The position numbers were made by a program, and so were the translations under genes. 64,000 nucleotides of DNA from Patescibacteria group bacterium. Its GTDB lineage: Bacteria; Patescibacteriota; Patescibacteriia; JBAZBY01. Positions 9,897 to 19,794 of this stretch are shown in pieces (the stretch's first letter is position 1; each line of letters starts with the position of its first letter). The DNA lies in NCBI GenBank assembly GCA_041671225.1, contig JBAZBY010000001.1, forward strand, positions 558,940 through 622,939. The letters run 5' to 3'. The notes below the pieces were generated by a model, which searched no databases, was not told the origin of the DNA, and worked only from the letters and a program-made list of their open reading frames with translations.

Positions 9897-12105
9897 ACAA
9901 CGAACGATCTCATTTCACGTTTCCGGAATGCACTGCGCAAGCTGCGCGGCGAATATCTCCCGGAAGCTCAAGAAAATGCCGGGCGTTTCCGACGCTGCGG
10001 TGAATTATGGCAATGCGCAGGCAACGGTGGTCTTTGACCCGCATCATGCGCACGAGAAGGGCATCGGCATGGCGGTGCAGAAGATGGGGTACAAAGCCCA
10101 CATCGGCGTGCACGATCATGGTGATCTTTCCGAGCAGGAACGGAACGCGGAGCTCAAGCGCCTGCGCGTGAAGCTCGCTGTGGCGATCCCGCTTTCTTTA
10201 TTGTTGATTTTTGGCGCGATGCTTCCGCAAGCGCCATCTTTTCTTACGAACCCGTGGTTCATGCTGCTCTTTGCCACTCCCGTGCAGTTCTGGGCTGGAT
10301 CGCAATTCTTTCTCAGCGCGTGGTCTGCGCTTAAATCGAAGACGGCGAACATGGATACGCTCATCGCGCTCGGCACCACGGTCGCGTACGGCGCATCCGT
10401 CGCTTTTGTTGTCTTTCGCAGCACATTTGAGCGATACGGCATCGAGGATCTCATGTATTTTGAGACTGCAGCTGCCATCATCACGCTCGTTCTGCTTGGC
10501 AAATTCCTTGAACTCCGCGCAAAAGGGCAGGCGGCAACGGCGATCAAGCGCCTCCTCAATCTGGAAGCGAAGACCGCTCACGTGTTCCGCAATGGGGCAT
10601 TCACGGATCTTCCGGTGACGGAAGTGACAAGAGGCGACCGCATGCTCGTGAAGCCTGGAGAGAAGGTGCCAGTGGACGGCGTGGTGCTCTCTGGAACGTC
10701 AGCCGTGGATGAAAGCATGGTGACAGGAGAAAGCCTGCCGGTTGAGAAGAACGAGGGCGATATGGTGATCGGGGCGACCATCAATACGAGCGGAGCGTTC
10801 GATATGCGCGCGGAACGCGTGGGGAAAGAGACGATGCTTGCCCAGATCGTCAGGCTTGTGGAAGAGGCCCAGGGGTCGCGCCCGCCCATCCAGAATCTTG
10901 CTGACGCGATCTCCGCGTACTTCGTGCCGGCAGTCATCGCGCTTTCGCTCGTCACATTCGGTTTGTGGCTCGCGTTCGGGTCGGAACCGGCATTTCCTCA
11001 TGCGATCGTGAGCATGATCACTGTTCTCATCATCGCGTGTCCGTGCGCGCTGGGGCTTGCAACGCCGACGTCCATCATGGTCGGCATCGGCAGAGGCTCG
11101 GAACTCGGGATCCTCATCAAGAATGCGGATGCCCTTGAGCGCGGCAGGCATATCCGCACGGTCGTGTTCGATAAGACCGGCACACTCACAGACGGCAAGC
11201 CGAGCGTGCAGGTCATGCGCGTCGCAGAAGGCATCGCAGACGGCGAACAAAAGGCGATCCTTGCGCGCGTCCGGGCGGCAGAAGAACGCTCGGCCCATCC
11301 GCTTGCCAAGGCCATTGCGGCATTCATCGCATCCAAAAGGATAGAATCGTATGAGGGTTCAACGGACATTCAGGACATACCGGGCAAAGGGATCCGCGTG
11401 CAGGATGCTGCCGGTGAGCTCTTCATCGGCACGGCAGCGTTCCTTGAGGAACACGGAGCGACGATCCCCGCAGAGTGGACAGGAGGAGATATCCGCGGCT
11501 CGCGCGTCTATGTGAGCGAGGGGAAACGCGCGATCGCTCTTTTTGCGATAGCGGACACTATTCGTGCAGAAGCCAAAGACGTCATCGCAATGCTCACGAA
11601 GCGCGGCATTCGTTCGGTGATGCTCACTGGAGATACGGATGACGCCGCCAGGTCCGTGCAAAAGGAACTCGGGATTACGGATGTGATCGCCCGCGTCCTC
11701 CCGCAGGAGAAGGAACAGCGCGTCAAGGAACTCAGCGGAAAGGGCGCTGTGGCGATGGTGGGCGATGGCATCAATGACGCTCCGGCGCTTGCCGCCGCGG
11801 ACCTCGGGATCGCGATGGGTGCAGGAACCGATGTGGCGATCGGCACGGCCGGCGTGGTCCTGCTCCAGAACAACCTCCGCCTCGTGCCGTCGCTCGTTGC
11901 GCTCTCCCGCGCGACTATGCGCAACATCTGGCAGAACCTCGGCTGGGCGTTCGGGTACAATATCCTCCTCATTCCCGTCGCCATGGGCGCGCTCGTGCCG
12001 CTCTGGGGGATATCCATCAGCCCGGTGTTCGCGAGCGCTGCCATGGCGCTCTCAAGCATCTCTGTGGTGCTGAATGCGCTTCGACTTAAAAGATTCACGC
12101 TTTAA
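9889..12105 (+). CDS. copA: Copper-translocating P1B-type ATPase
   Basis: N-terminal HMA 'GMHCASCA'; 'CPC' in TM6 ('[11 protein letters not shown]'); 'DKTGTLT'; 'GDGINDAP'; 8-bp overlap with upstream regulator. Confidence 0.9.
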   Translation: MSEQRTISFHVSGMHCASCAANISRKLKKMPGVSDAAVNYGNAQATVVFDPHHAHEKGIGMAVQKMGYKAHIGVHDHGDLSEQERNAELKRLRVKLAVAIPLSLLLIFGAMLPQAPSFLTNPWFMLLFATPVQFWAGSQFFLSAWSALKSKTANMDTLIALGTTVAYGASVAFVVFRSTFERYGIEDLMYFETAAAIITLVLLGKFLELRAKGQAATAIKRLLNLEAKTAHVFRNGAFTDLPVTEVTRGDRMLVKPGEKVPVDGVVLSGTSAVDESMVTGESLPVEKNEGDMVIGATINTSGAFDMRAERVGKETMLAQIVRLVEEAQGSRPPIQNLADAISAYFVPAVIALSLVTFGLWLAFGSEPAFPHAIVSMITVLIIACPCALGLATPTSIMVGIGRGSELGILIKNADALERGRHIRTVVFDKTGTLTDGKPSVQVMRVAEGIADGEQKAILARVRAAEERSAHPLAKAIAAFIASKRIESYEGSTDIQDIPGKGIRVQDAAGELFIGTAAFLEEHGATIPAEWTGGDIRGSRVYVSEGKRAIALFAIADTIRAEAKDVIAMLTKRGIRSVMLTGDTDDAARSVQKELGITDVIARVLPQEKEQRVKELSGKGAVAMVGDGINDAPALAAADLGIAMGAGTDVAIGTAGVVLLQNNLRLVPSLVALSRATMRNIWQNLGWAFGYNILLIPVAMGALVPLWGISISPVFASAAMALSSISVVLNALRLKRFTL

Positions 12106-12106
12106 C

Positions 12107-13156
12107 ATGAATTATTGGATCTTCTTTTTTACAGGTCTTACAACAGGCGGACTCGCATGTCTTGCCGTGCAGGGCGGGTTGCTCGCCGGCGTCATTGCAA
12201 ACCAGAAAGAACATGACCGCGCTTTGGATTCCAAAGATTCCGCGCATGCCCCGCGTTCCTTTGACGCGATGGATATCTTGCCGGTCGTGATGTTTTTGGT
12301 CGCTAAACTCATTATACATACGATATTCGGCTTCTTCCTCGGCTGGCTGGGGACAAAGCTCACCATTGGCCTCAATATCAGGCTTGCCTTCCAGCTCGCA
12401 GCGGCATTGTTCATGTTTGCAACCGCGATGAATCTCCTTAACGTGAGCCCCGTATTCCGTTTTCTCGCCTTTCAGCCGCCGAGGTTCTTGCAGCGCTATA
12501 TACGGAAGTCTTCAAAGAGAAGCTCGCTTTTTGCGCCGGCGTTCCTTGGTTTCCTCACGATCTTCATCCCTTGCGGAGTGACGCAGGCGATGGAAGTGGT
12601 CGCCGTGACCAGCGGGAGCCCAGTGGCCGGAGCGCTCATCATGTTTTTCTTCGTCCTCGGCACGTCGCCGCTATTCACCATTCTCGGCGTTCTGACGTCG
12701 AAGCTCTCAGAAATGGTGCATGGGTTATTCCAGAAAGCTGCGGCAATTTTGCTCATTGGCCTCGCGCTTTATAGCATCAACGGCATCCTTAATGTGCTCG
12801 ATTCGCCGATAACCTTCAGCAAGGCATTTGCGGCGATGCAGAAGCAGGATTCGTCAGAAAAGGAACAGGACTCGGTCGTCAACGAAAATGGCGTTCAGCG
12901 GGTGCATATCGATGTGCTTTCCGGCGGGTACAGCCCTTCGCGATTCACCGTGAAACAGGGGATCCCCGTGCAATTGGATCTGGAGAGTAAAGGCGTGTAT
13001 TCATGCGCTGTTGCATTCACTTTCCGCGCATTCAATATTAACGTCTTTCTTGACCCGGTCGATCAGGAGAGCGTCACCTTCACGCCGGAGAAGACGGGGA
13101 AGTATACGTACTCCTGCTCCATGGGGATGTACACCGGCGTTATGGAGGTCATTTAA
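12107..13156 (+). CDS. Integral membrane protein with a C-terminal cupredoxin-like domain; copper-resistance accessory
   Basis: About 6 hydrophobic helices, then soluble C-terminal 'VHIDVLSGGYSPSRFTVKQGIPVQLDLESKGVYSCAVAF...YTYSCSMGMYTGVMEV' (Cys/His/Met ligand-like pattern); starts 2 nt after copA stop. Confidence 0.55.
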   Translation: MNYWIFFFTGLTTGGLACLAVQGGLLAGVIANQKEHDRALDSKDSAHAPRSFDAMDILPVVMFLVAKLIIHTIFGFFLGWLGTKLTIGLNIRLAFQLAAALFMFATAMNLLNVSPVFRFLAFQPPRFLQRYIRKSSKRSSLFAPAFLGFLTIFIPCGVTQAMEVVAVTSGSPVAGALIMFFFVLGTSPLFTILGVLTSKLSEMVHGLFQKAAAILLIGLALYSINGILNVLDSPITFSKAFAAMQKQDSSEKEQDSVVNENGVQRVHIDVLSGGYSPSRFTVKQGIPVQLDLESKGVYSCAVAFTFRAFNINVFLDPVDQESVTFTPEKTGKYTYSCSMGMYTGVMEVI

Positions 13157-13157
13157 T

Positions 13158-13403
13158 ATGTTCGGTTCAAAAGAACGACCAGCACGCGGAGATACGGCAA
13201 CGCTCGCCATAACCGGCATGCATTGCGTTTCATGCAGTATGGCCATCGACGGCGATCTGGAAGACCTTCCAGGGGTTGCCAAGGCAGAAACGGATTATGC
13301 AAAAGCGCGAACAACAGTGCAGTATGATCCGGGAAAGGTTTCCATGGAAACCATCATTGCCGCCATCAAAAAACTCGGCTACGATGCCGCGCCGCAAAGA
13401 TAA
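13158..13403 (+). CDS. copZ: Copper chaperone, HMA domain
   Basis: 'ITGMHCVSCSMAIDGDLEDLPGV' MxCxxC motif; 81 aa. Confidence 0.85.
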   Translation: MFGSKERPARGDTATLAITGMHCVSCSMAIDGDLEDLPGVAKAETDYAKARTTVQYDPGKVSMETIIAAIKKLGYDAAPQR

Positions 13404-13472
13404 AGAATCCGGGGTTATCTTAGCACCGATGTGACAGGAAATTCTTTCTACGATATCTGCTCATGCGAAGCA

Positions 13473-13817
13473 TTAAGGCGCATAACAGTGGATTTTGCAG
13501 ATTGAGCAACCACCTGCTGTAAGTTCGCCGCCGCAATCACGTTCACTGTGGCCAACGCGACTTTCAACCAAAGCACAGCTGGTAACTGATTGGCCGCCCT
13601 CAACTTCACGCGCCAACTCCATTGATTTTTCTATATAATCTCCCATTCTCTGCAAGCATTCATCTGCAATCGGCGGTGGCTCGGTAGCATCACCTCTCGC
13701 ATAAATACTGAGCGTAATAAGTTCTGGTTCTGATGAGTCTGTGCTTCGATAGATGATGCCAATCAAAATCGCGAGAACCAATAAAAACAGCGCATTGAAT
13801 AGTAGTATTTTTTTCAT
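13473..13817 (-). CDS. Hypothetical small secreted/lipoprotein-like protein with a Cys-rich C terminus
   Basis: Signal-like 'MKKILLFNALFLLVLAILIGII'; C-terminal 'CGGELTAGGCSICKIHC'. Confidence 0.4.
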   Translation of the reverse strand: MKKILLFNALFLLVLAILIGIIYRSTDSSEPELITLSIYARGDATEPPPIADECLQRMGDYIEKSMELAREVEGGQSVTSCALVESRVGHSERDCGGELTAGGCSICKIHCYAP

Positions 13818-13827
13818 CTGAGAAATT

Positions 13828-14316
13828 TTATTGACTAATCTGTGCGAACAGCACCACGTAGTTCTTGCCATACGCCTTGGCGCATTTGGGGCACGTGGTG
13901 TATGAGAAGTACAGCTTCGTCATCTTTTCCCCCTTTTTCTCAACGTATTCCTTCATTTCCTGCGCCCACTTTCCGGCATTCTTATATGGCCCTTCAAAGA
14001 CCTTTGTGAGGAATGTTCCGGATAGCGTCGCCATTTGCGCGCCCGGCACATCCTTGGAAACGTCAATATAGATATCCGAGCCCCACATGGATTTTTCATC
14101 CGTGAGCATCAATTGGTACGGCGCTTTTGCATTCGCCTTTTCGATCAGGGCCATGTTTGATGTTATTTTGTTCCCCATATTGAGCGGGATGTGCAAAAAG
14201 CTTGTGACATGGTCCTTCACAAAGATCTTGTTGTTCCATGTGATTTCTTTTTCCTGCCACGGTGCAGGATCAAAAGGGTCGCAACAGCCGGTTGACTTGA
14301 TCGTTTGGTCGTTCAT
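13828..14316 (-). CDS. Hypothetical protein (CxxC-containing, family not recognised)
   Basis: 162-aa ORF with 'YTTCPKCAKAYGKNY'. Confidence 0.4.
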   Translation of the reverse strand: MNDQTIKSTGCCDPFDPAPWQEKEITWNNKIFVKDHVTSFLHIPLNMGNKITSNMALIEKANAKAPYQLMLTDEKSMWGSDIYIDVSKDVPGAQMATLSGTFLTKVFEGPYKNAGKWAQEMKEYVEKKGEKMTKLYFSYTTCPKCAKAYGKNYVVLFAQISQ

Positions 14317-14371
14317 ATGATTTTCTTATGTTATGAGAATATATTGTTCATGCAGGCTGATGCTCTCAGCA

Positions 14372-14875
14372 TCATCGTATATTATATTCCCGCCACGGGC
14401 CGACGAGCTTTTTTTTCTTTAGCGCGATGACAACCACGGTCAGCAGCCATGCGAACGAAAGAATGACGGCAATTCGAGCCCATTCTTCCCGCCAGGAGGA
14501 TGATGTTTTTGCGCTATCGGTCGCAGGGGACGTGTCTGATGATGGCGGCGGCGCAGAACCATTGACGTTCTCATCCTGAATGCTCCCGCCCACCTCGGTT
14601 TGGGCTTGTTCAAAGACATCACGCTGGTCTTTGCGTGGCTTTGCGCTATTCGTGTTCGCTGGAGGTGTATTGGTATTCTGATCGGCAATGGTATTGTCAG
14701 CGGGAATGACCGAATAATGCTCCGATGTGCCATCACTGACAGCAAAAAGCTGGTCCGCGCCGATGCGGCTGAAGTCAACAACGTAGTTCTGGCTGCTCAT
14801 TGTGGCAGCAAGGCTTGCGAACGGGAGTGCAATTCCCAACAACGCGCATGCGACCATGATTCGTTTGAACGTCAT
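14372..14875 (-). CDS. Hypothetical secreted protein with signal peptide and C-terminal TM anchor
   Basis: 'MTFKRIMVACALLGIALPFASLAA' then low-complexity T/S/P region and 'IAVILSFAWLLTVVVIAL'. Confidence 0.45.
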   Translation of the reverse strand: MTFKRIMVACALLGIALPFASLAATMSSQNYVVDFSRIGADQLFAVSDGTSEHYSVIPADNTIADQNTNTPPANTNSAKPRKDQRDVFEQAQTEVGGSIQDENVNGSAPPPSSDTSPATDSAKTSSSWREEWARIAVILSFAWLLTVVVIALKKKKLVGPWREYNIR

Positions 14876-14943
14876 AGATGCTTTGCCATATGTCCACTAT
14901 CGCCATCCATACTGCTCTCTACGTGATTACAAAACATCGGTGT

Positions 14944-15462
14944 CTAGGGGGCGGATTGATCGGTGTTCGTCGTGCCTTGCAAACCTGATGTATTTGTCAA
15001 AGGCGACGAATTTGTTTCAGTTTGATCCAAGACAAGCGGCGCAACTTTGATTATTTTTTTTGCGCTCGGCCTGTAGAGAATGGCCATCTTTGAGCTGGCA
15101 TAGATGAGGATTTTATCCCCGTTCTCCGCGTTCTTGAAAAAATCCTGATCCTGCAATTGATCCTTGTTGCTCACCGTCGCCACGGTCGGGTCGATGCCCT
15201 CGGGTAATGCGAATATCTTTGACACCTCAGCGACGAGGTTCTGTGTTTCTTTCTGGCTTGCCTCAGTCGTATCCTCGTTTGCCTGCTTGAATTGCCAGTA
15301 GTAATAGCCGGATACTGCGATCAGGCCTATGATCAGTATACCGAGCAGGATCGCATACGTCCTTTTTCTTTTGTTCGGTTTTTTTGGTGATGGCTGTGCG
15401 AGTACTGACGGATTTGTCGCTTTCATGTTCTTTGCAAATTGCTCAATTCTTTTCATTTTCAT
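14944..15462 (-). CDS. Hypothetical membrane-anchored protein
   Basis: Basic N terminus, TM 'YAILLGILIIGLIAVSGYYYW', S/T-rich tail. Confidence 0.45.
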   Translation of the reverse strand: MKMKRIEQFAKNMKATNPSVLAQPSPKKPNKRKRTYAILLGILIIGLIAVSGYYYWQFKQANEDTTEASQKETQNLVAEVSKIFALPEGIDPTVATVSNKDQLQDQDFFKNAENGDKILIYASSKMAILYRPSAKKIIKVAPLVLDQTETNSSPLTNTSGLQGTTNTDQSAP

Positions 15463-15468
15463 ACGTGA

Positions 15469-18400
15469 TTAATCAGAAACAAAGGTGTTGACGAACTCGC
15501 GGTACACGACATCAGCCATTTGGTAGTATCCTTCCGTGAGCGGGTGCAGGCCGTTCGTTTCTCGCTTTTCCGTCGTTGCACTGCGCGTGTTCACCGCAAC
15601 GTCGGTCTGCGGATAATTATTCTCGGAGTCAAATTCCGGTGCAAGTGATGTGAACTTCACCCAAGAACTGTATGTAGCCGAATTTGCCAGGTCTTGGTAG
15701 GCATCATTCATCGCGTTGGCCGCCCGGATCATTCCGTAATAATTTGAATATCCTCCGTTCGCTCCATAGTTCGTGCCTAGGCCGCCGTCCACAGATGGAA
15801 GATGAATCCCTATGATCCTTGCTATGGCGCTCGGGTATTCAGCGTGCAGCTTATCGAGGAATGCAGTGACATCTGTCATGTAGGTCGTGAAGTCCGTTGC
15901 GTTTGGAACGCTGTTGCTGTTCCAGCCGAGTATGATGTATGCGGCATCGATGCCGGAATAGCCATGCCGTGTGACCCAGGACGAGAATGACATCTCATCA
16001 GCGCCGGAATCCCAGAATGGGCTTTGGGGTTCGGTTGTCGCGCTTGTGTAGACGATATCTGCGGTATGCGTAGCGCCGGAGACATGCGTCAGCGTTCCAG
16101 AGGCTGGCAGCGTATAGGAGCCGTAGATCTTGAGTCCTCCCGTGACAGATACGATATACCAATAGTGGCCGTTGGTATCGAGCCATGCTGAAGTGACATC
16201 GGTCTTGTCCTTATCAAAGGTTCCGGTGAGCACGTGGCCATTTGTAATACCGGACGTTCCATTATAATTGGCAAATGTCCAACCGCCGTTTCCGGTGTAG
16301 GCTTGTGTTGGGTATGCAGACATCGCTTTTTCGCCAATGAAACTGATGTTGCCGTAGCCGAGTCCGGCTGGCGATCCGCCGCTTTGCGTGAGCCTTCGGT
16401 ACAATTCCGTCGGCCACGTTCCGGTGGCCGTCACCGAGTCTCCGACAACGAGGATATTCTTGTTCGCCACCGGCTCGCCGGTTGGATTCACCGTTACGAG
16501 GTCGACCGTTTTGGTTGCGAGTATGCTGTAATCATAATTGTACACTGTCACCGTGAAGTCCGTCGTCCCCACATTCGCTTCAACAGGGGTGTATTCAAAA
16601 TACCTTGGGTATGATGAACCAACAGCGCACGTGATCACGTACGGAAGATTATACGGATTTTGCGCTTCGATCATCCCACGGACATACAACTGTAATTTGT
16701 CACCGACAACCGCATAAATTGTGTCTGGGAGCACGATCTGAGGAGCGACGATTTCTGCTGCCGGGTTGTGATTATAAGCTTCGATAATGGCGTCGCGGAC
16801 ATTCGTGGACGTCATGACGTCATCGGGATCGCTGAAGGTTATTGCCGTGCTGGGCAAGTTGTTGAAGATCGTCTCGATACTGAGCGGCACGAGCTCCTCA
16901 ACATCGGTCAATAGCTTCAAGGAGATATCGTCAAAGTAGGCTACGTAACTCGCAGCAGTATTGTCCGGAACGAAAATGAACGTTACTGCAGTACAATCGG
17001 CAGGAGCTTCAAATGTCGTCGTGACCTGCGTATAGGTCGTTCCCGTGACTCCGGTGGTGAGACCGCCGCTGGAACTATTGATATATGTGCTGTGCGTCGC
17101 ATCAAGAAGCGAGTATTTGCCGGCATGTGTTCCGTCGCCCCTGGTCCAAAAGGAAAGTTGATACAGTTGGCCAGGAGTCACTGCGAAAGAGTTGTAGGTC
17201 AATTGAGGAGAGAACCAATTGATGCCGGACGATGTCAACTTCGCCGCATGAGAGCCGGCATGCACGGAGGTTGTTTCATCGGCAATGGTCCCACCACTCA
17301 TGATTGTTTCAGCCCAGTTCGCCCAGATATCACTGCCGCCCGCGCCTGCTGTTTCAAATCCCGTATTTGAAAATTGTTCGACGCCAGCAACCGTGACGGT
17401 CGTTCTTGTTATGTCCGTATCCCCATAGACCCTGAACGTCGCCGCGTAATAGGTCGGTGGTGATGTGACGAAGAAGTTCGTGTTTGTCGCTCCGGCTATG
17501 AATCCGTGCCGGCTCGGACTTGATGATACGGTCGAGAAGTGCGCGATCGTCACTTCTCCGCCAACAGTTGACTCCCACAGCACAAAGAGGTATTGCCCCT
17601 CCAGAGCCGTGATGGAATCGGTCATTGTAAAGAGGGAGCCGCCTGATGTTGAACTGTGCGGCATGGACGCGGCGCTGATGGTTCCTGAATATGTCGGGGT
17701 AACGGAATCCGGGTTGAAGACTGCGGTCGTGTCTCGCACAAAGACTTTGAAGGTGATGTCGCGTGAGGCGTTATTGCACCATACGTTCGCTTTTATGGCG
17801 GATACCGTGGTATCTGCGGTCATTTGCTCATACATCCCGTATGTGGCGAAGGAAGCATGGGTGTAGCTGGCGGTACCATCCAACTCTTCCGGATCCCTAG
17901 CGTGCTGGTAGGTGATGGTTGAAGAATAAATCGGCGTGTTGAAAAGCACCTCATCCTTTGCCAGCGTATGCCGTTCCCCGTCGCTGTCCGTGTAGTACAG
18001 GCTCGCCCCATCGAATTCGATCGCCCCTATTTCAGCGGCATCCAGAAGGACCCCCACGTCTATTTTCAATGAGGCAGTACCGGCAGTTGCCGTCCCGGCG
18101 CCTAAATGCAATTGCGCGCTTGGCTCTGCTGCGCCAATACCGACATACCCGTCATACGTAATGGCCGGACCATCGGTCGTCCATTGCGAGGAAACTTTGC
18201 TATTGAAGGCGCTCCAATCGCTCGCATCCAAATATCCGTCATTTGACGCATCGGCCATGACCAGCGAAACAACATCTGCATCGCGGGAGAGCGGCCCGGA
18301 GAAGGTGAGTGCATCTTCTTTAGCACTGAAGCTCGTCCAGTCGCCAAACGCCAGATACCCATCCGTGGATCCGTCAGCCTGATCCACTGAAATTGTATCG

Positions 18401-19647
18401 GCAATTCGAGATATCGGCCCGGAGAAGGTGAGTGCGTTTTCCTTTGCACTGAAGGCAGCCCAATCGCTTGCACCCAGGTATCCGTCATTTGACACATCAG
18501 CGATGTGCAGAGAGATCGTATCGTCAGTACGGGAGAGCGGCCCGGAGAAGGTGAGTGCATCTTCTTTAGTACTGAAGGCTGTCCAGTCGCCAAAACTCAG
18601 ATATCCATCCGTGGATCCGTCAGCTTGGGTAATTGATATCGTATCGCCAACTCGGGAGACTGGTCCGGAGAAGGTCAATGCGTTTTCCTTGGCGTTGAAG
18701 GAGCTCCAATCGCCCGCATCCAAGTATCCATCATTTGACGCATCGGCCATGACCAGCGAAACAACATCTGCATCGCGGGAGAGCGGTCCGGAGAAGGTGA
18801 GTGCATCCTCTTTTGCGCTGAAAATAGCATGGTCAGTGGAAGAAAGCAGTCCGGTCTGCGTGCCGTCGGCATTGGCAATGGAAATGGTAACTCCGTCACC
18901 GAATACAGCACCGGTCCCGCCGGTAATGGTCACGCCATCGGTCGGAGAGGTGATATCGCCGGTTTCTGCCGCTGTTGTTCCTGATAGCGCGGCCCATCCA
19001 CTGGTCGTCTTGATGCCGGAAATCTTGATATAGAGCGTAGTATTTGTCATGTCCAACGCAATATCACCCACAGTTCCGCTTTGGACGCCATTCGGGTCTC
19101 CAATGACCTTATAGATACTTGTGCCGTCAACTGCATCAGCATTAAAGGCGTACGGAGCGGAACCGAATTTCTGGCGCGGGGTCATTTCACTGTCTGTCCC
19201 GATCGTGAGTCCGAGATAATACTCATCCTGAGTGAAATCGACCGCGATGTCATTTCCGGTCCCTGAACCAAGCAATACCTCGAAATTCCCTCCTTTTACT
19301 CGCACTGGATTGCCGTTCAAAGCGGTATACTGCCCGGTCCATAGCACCGTTTCGTCAGTATCATATATATTGAAGACCATATCGTAGCTTCCATCAGCAA
19401 CAATGATCCCAGCAGCTGACTTGAGGACGCCGGCATATGATATTTCCTTATTGATGCCAGACGTGGCATGAACGCCCGCAGATACCCAAAAACTGCCCAA
19501 GATTATCAGAAGGACCAGGGCAAAACGCGCCACAAGCACTCCGGGCTGCTTCCTCTTTTTTTCTTTCATGATGGCTGTGTATTTCTTGCTAACCTCAACC
19601 ATTGTTATAAGTGATTTTATGTGTTTTGTCAATTTCAAAAATGGCAT
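15469..19647 (-). CDS. Giant surface protein: signal anchor, about 6.5 tandem 37-aa repeats, CBM4/9-like carbohydrate-binding domain, C-terminal SGNH/GDSL hydrolase domain
   Basis: Repeats 'DALTFSGPLSR..D.IS...AD.S.DGYL...DW..F..KE'; CBM-like 'FSNTGFETAGAGG...WANW...GQLYQLSFWTRGDG'; SGNH block I 'ILVVGDSVT' and C-terminal 'NGLHPLTEGY' (DxxH-like); GGAG 6 nt upstream of start. Confidence 0.65.
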   Translation of the reverse strand: MPFLKLTKHIKSLITMVEVSKKYTAIMKEKKRKQPGVLVARFALVLLIILGSFWVSAGVHATSGINKEISYAGVLKSAAGIIVADGSYDMVFNIYDTDETVLWTGQYTALNGNPVRVKGGNFEVLLGSGTGNDIAVDFTQDEYYLGLTIGTDSEMTPRQKFGSAPYAFNADAVDGTSIYKVIGDPNGVQSGTVGDIALDMTNTTLYIKISGIKTTSGWAALSGTTAAETGDITSPTDGVTITGGTGAVFGDGVTISIANADGTQTGLLSSTDHAIFSAKEDALTFSGPLSRDADVVSLVMADASNDGYLDAGDWSSFNAKENALTFSGPVSRVGDTISITQADGSTDGYLSFGDWTAFSTKEDALTFSGPLSRTDDTISLHIADVSNDGYLGASDWAAFSAKENALTFSGPISRIADTISVDQADGSTDGYLAFGDWTSFSAKEDALTFSGPLSRDADVVSLVMADASNDGYLDASDWSAFNSKVSSQWTTDGPAITYDGYVGIGAAEPSAQLHLGAGTATAGTASLKIDVGVLLDAAEIGAIEFDGASLYYTDSDGERHTLAKDEVLFNTPIYSSTITYQHARDPEELDGTASYTHASFATYGMYEQMTADTTVSAIKANVWCNNASRDITFKVFVRDTTAVFNPDSVTPTYSGTISAASMPHSSTSGGSLFTMTDSITALEGQYLFVLWESTVGGEVTIAHFSTVSSSPSRHGFIAGATNTNFFVTSPPTYYAATFRVYGDTDITRTTVTVAGVEQFSNTGFETAGAGGSDIWANWAETIMSGGTIADETTSVHAGSHAAKLTSSGINWFSPQLTYNSFAVTPGQLYQLSFWTRGDGTHAGKYSLLDATHSTYINSSSGGLTTGVTGTTYTQVTTTFEAPADCTAVTFIFVPDNTAASYVAYFDDISLKLLTDVEELVPLSIETIFNNLPSTAITFSDPDDVMTSTNVRDAIIEAYNHNPAAEIVAPQIVLPDTIYAVVGDKLQLYVRGMIEAQNPYNLPYVITCAVGSSYPRYFEYTPVEANVGTTDFTVTVYNYDYSILATKTVDLVTVNPTGEPVANKNILVVGDSVTATGTWPTELYRRLTQSGGSPAGLGYGNISFIGEKAMSAYPTQAYTGNGGWTFANYNGTSGITNGHVLTGTFDKDKTDVTSAWLDTNGHYWYIVSVTGGLKIYGSYTLPASGTLTHVSGATHTADIVYTSATTEPQSPFWDSGADEMSFSSWVTRHGYSGIDAAYIILGWNSNSVPNATDFTTYMTDVTAFLDKLHAEYPSAIARIIGIHLPSVDGGLGTNYGANGGYSNYYGMIRAANAMNDAYQDLANSATYSSWVKFTSLAPEFDSENNYPQTDVAVNTRSATTEKRETNGLHPLTEGYYQMADVVYREFVNTFVSD
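18090..18810 (-). repeat. In-frame tandem repeat array (about 111-bp unit, about 6.5 copies) inside the giant SGNH surface protein gene; first and last units nearly identical
   Basis: Protein-level period of 37 aa; 'DALTFSGPLSRDADVVSLVMADASNDGYLDA[GS]DWS[SA]FN[AS]K' occurs at both ends of the array. Confidence 0.7.
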
Positions 19648-19794
19648 GGCGCGCTCCAGGGTTCGGAGGCATTATTCAGCTCCTTGAGCAATTCCTCTTT
19701 TGTGAACCATTTGGCCTGTTCAACCTCTTCTTTTTGTCGGTAAAAATTGAATCCAAAAAATTATTTCATCTAACCTTTGTTACCGCCATGTGCT

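Noticed and set aside
12074-13156. Using the six-frame start at 12074 for the membrane/cupredoxin protein and 13011 for copZ
   Set aside because: These starts overlap the preceding genes by 30-145 nt; internal ATGs at 12107 and 13158 sit 2 nt after the upstream stops and give canonical N termini.
17958-19033. ORFs 18102..18593, 18161..18382, 18428..19033, 18675..18911 with repetitive translations; possible CRISPR-like periodicity
   Set aside because: They are alternative-frame readings of the in-frame 111-bp protein-coding tandem repeats of the giant minus-strand gene; the spacers are not unique and no cas genes are present.
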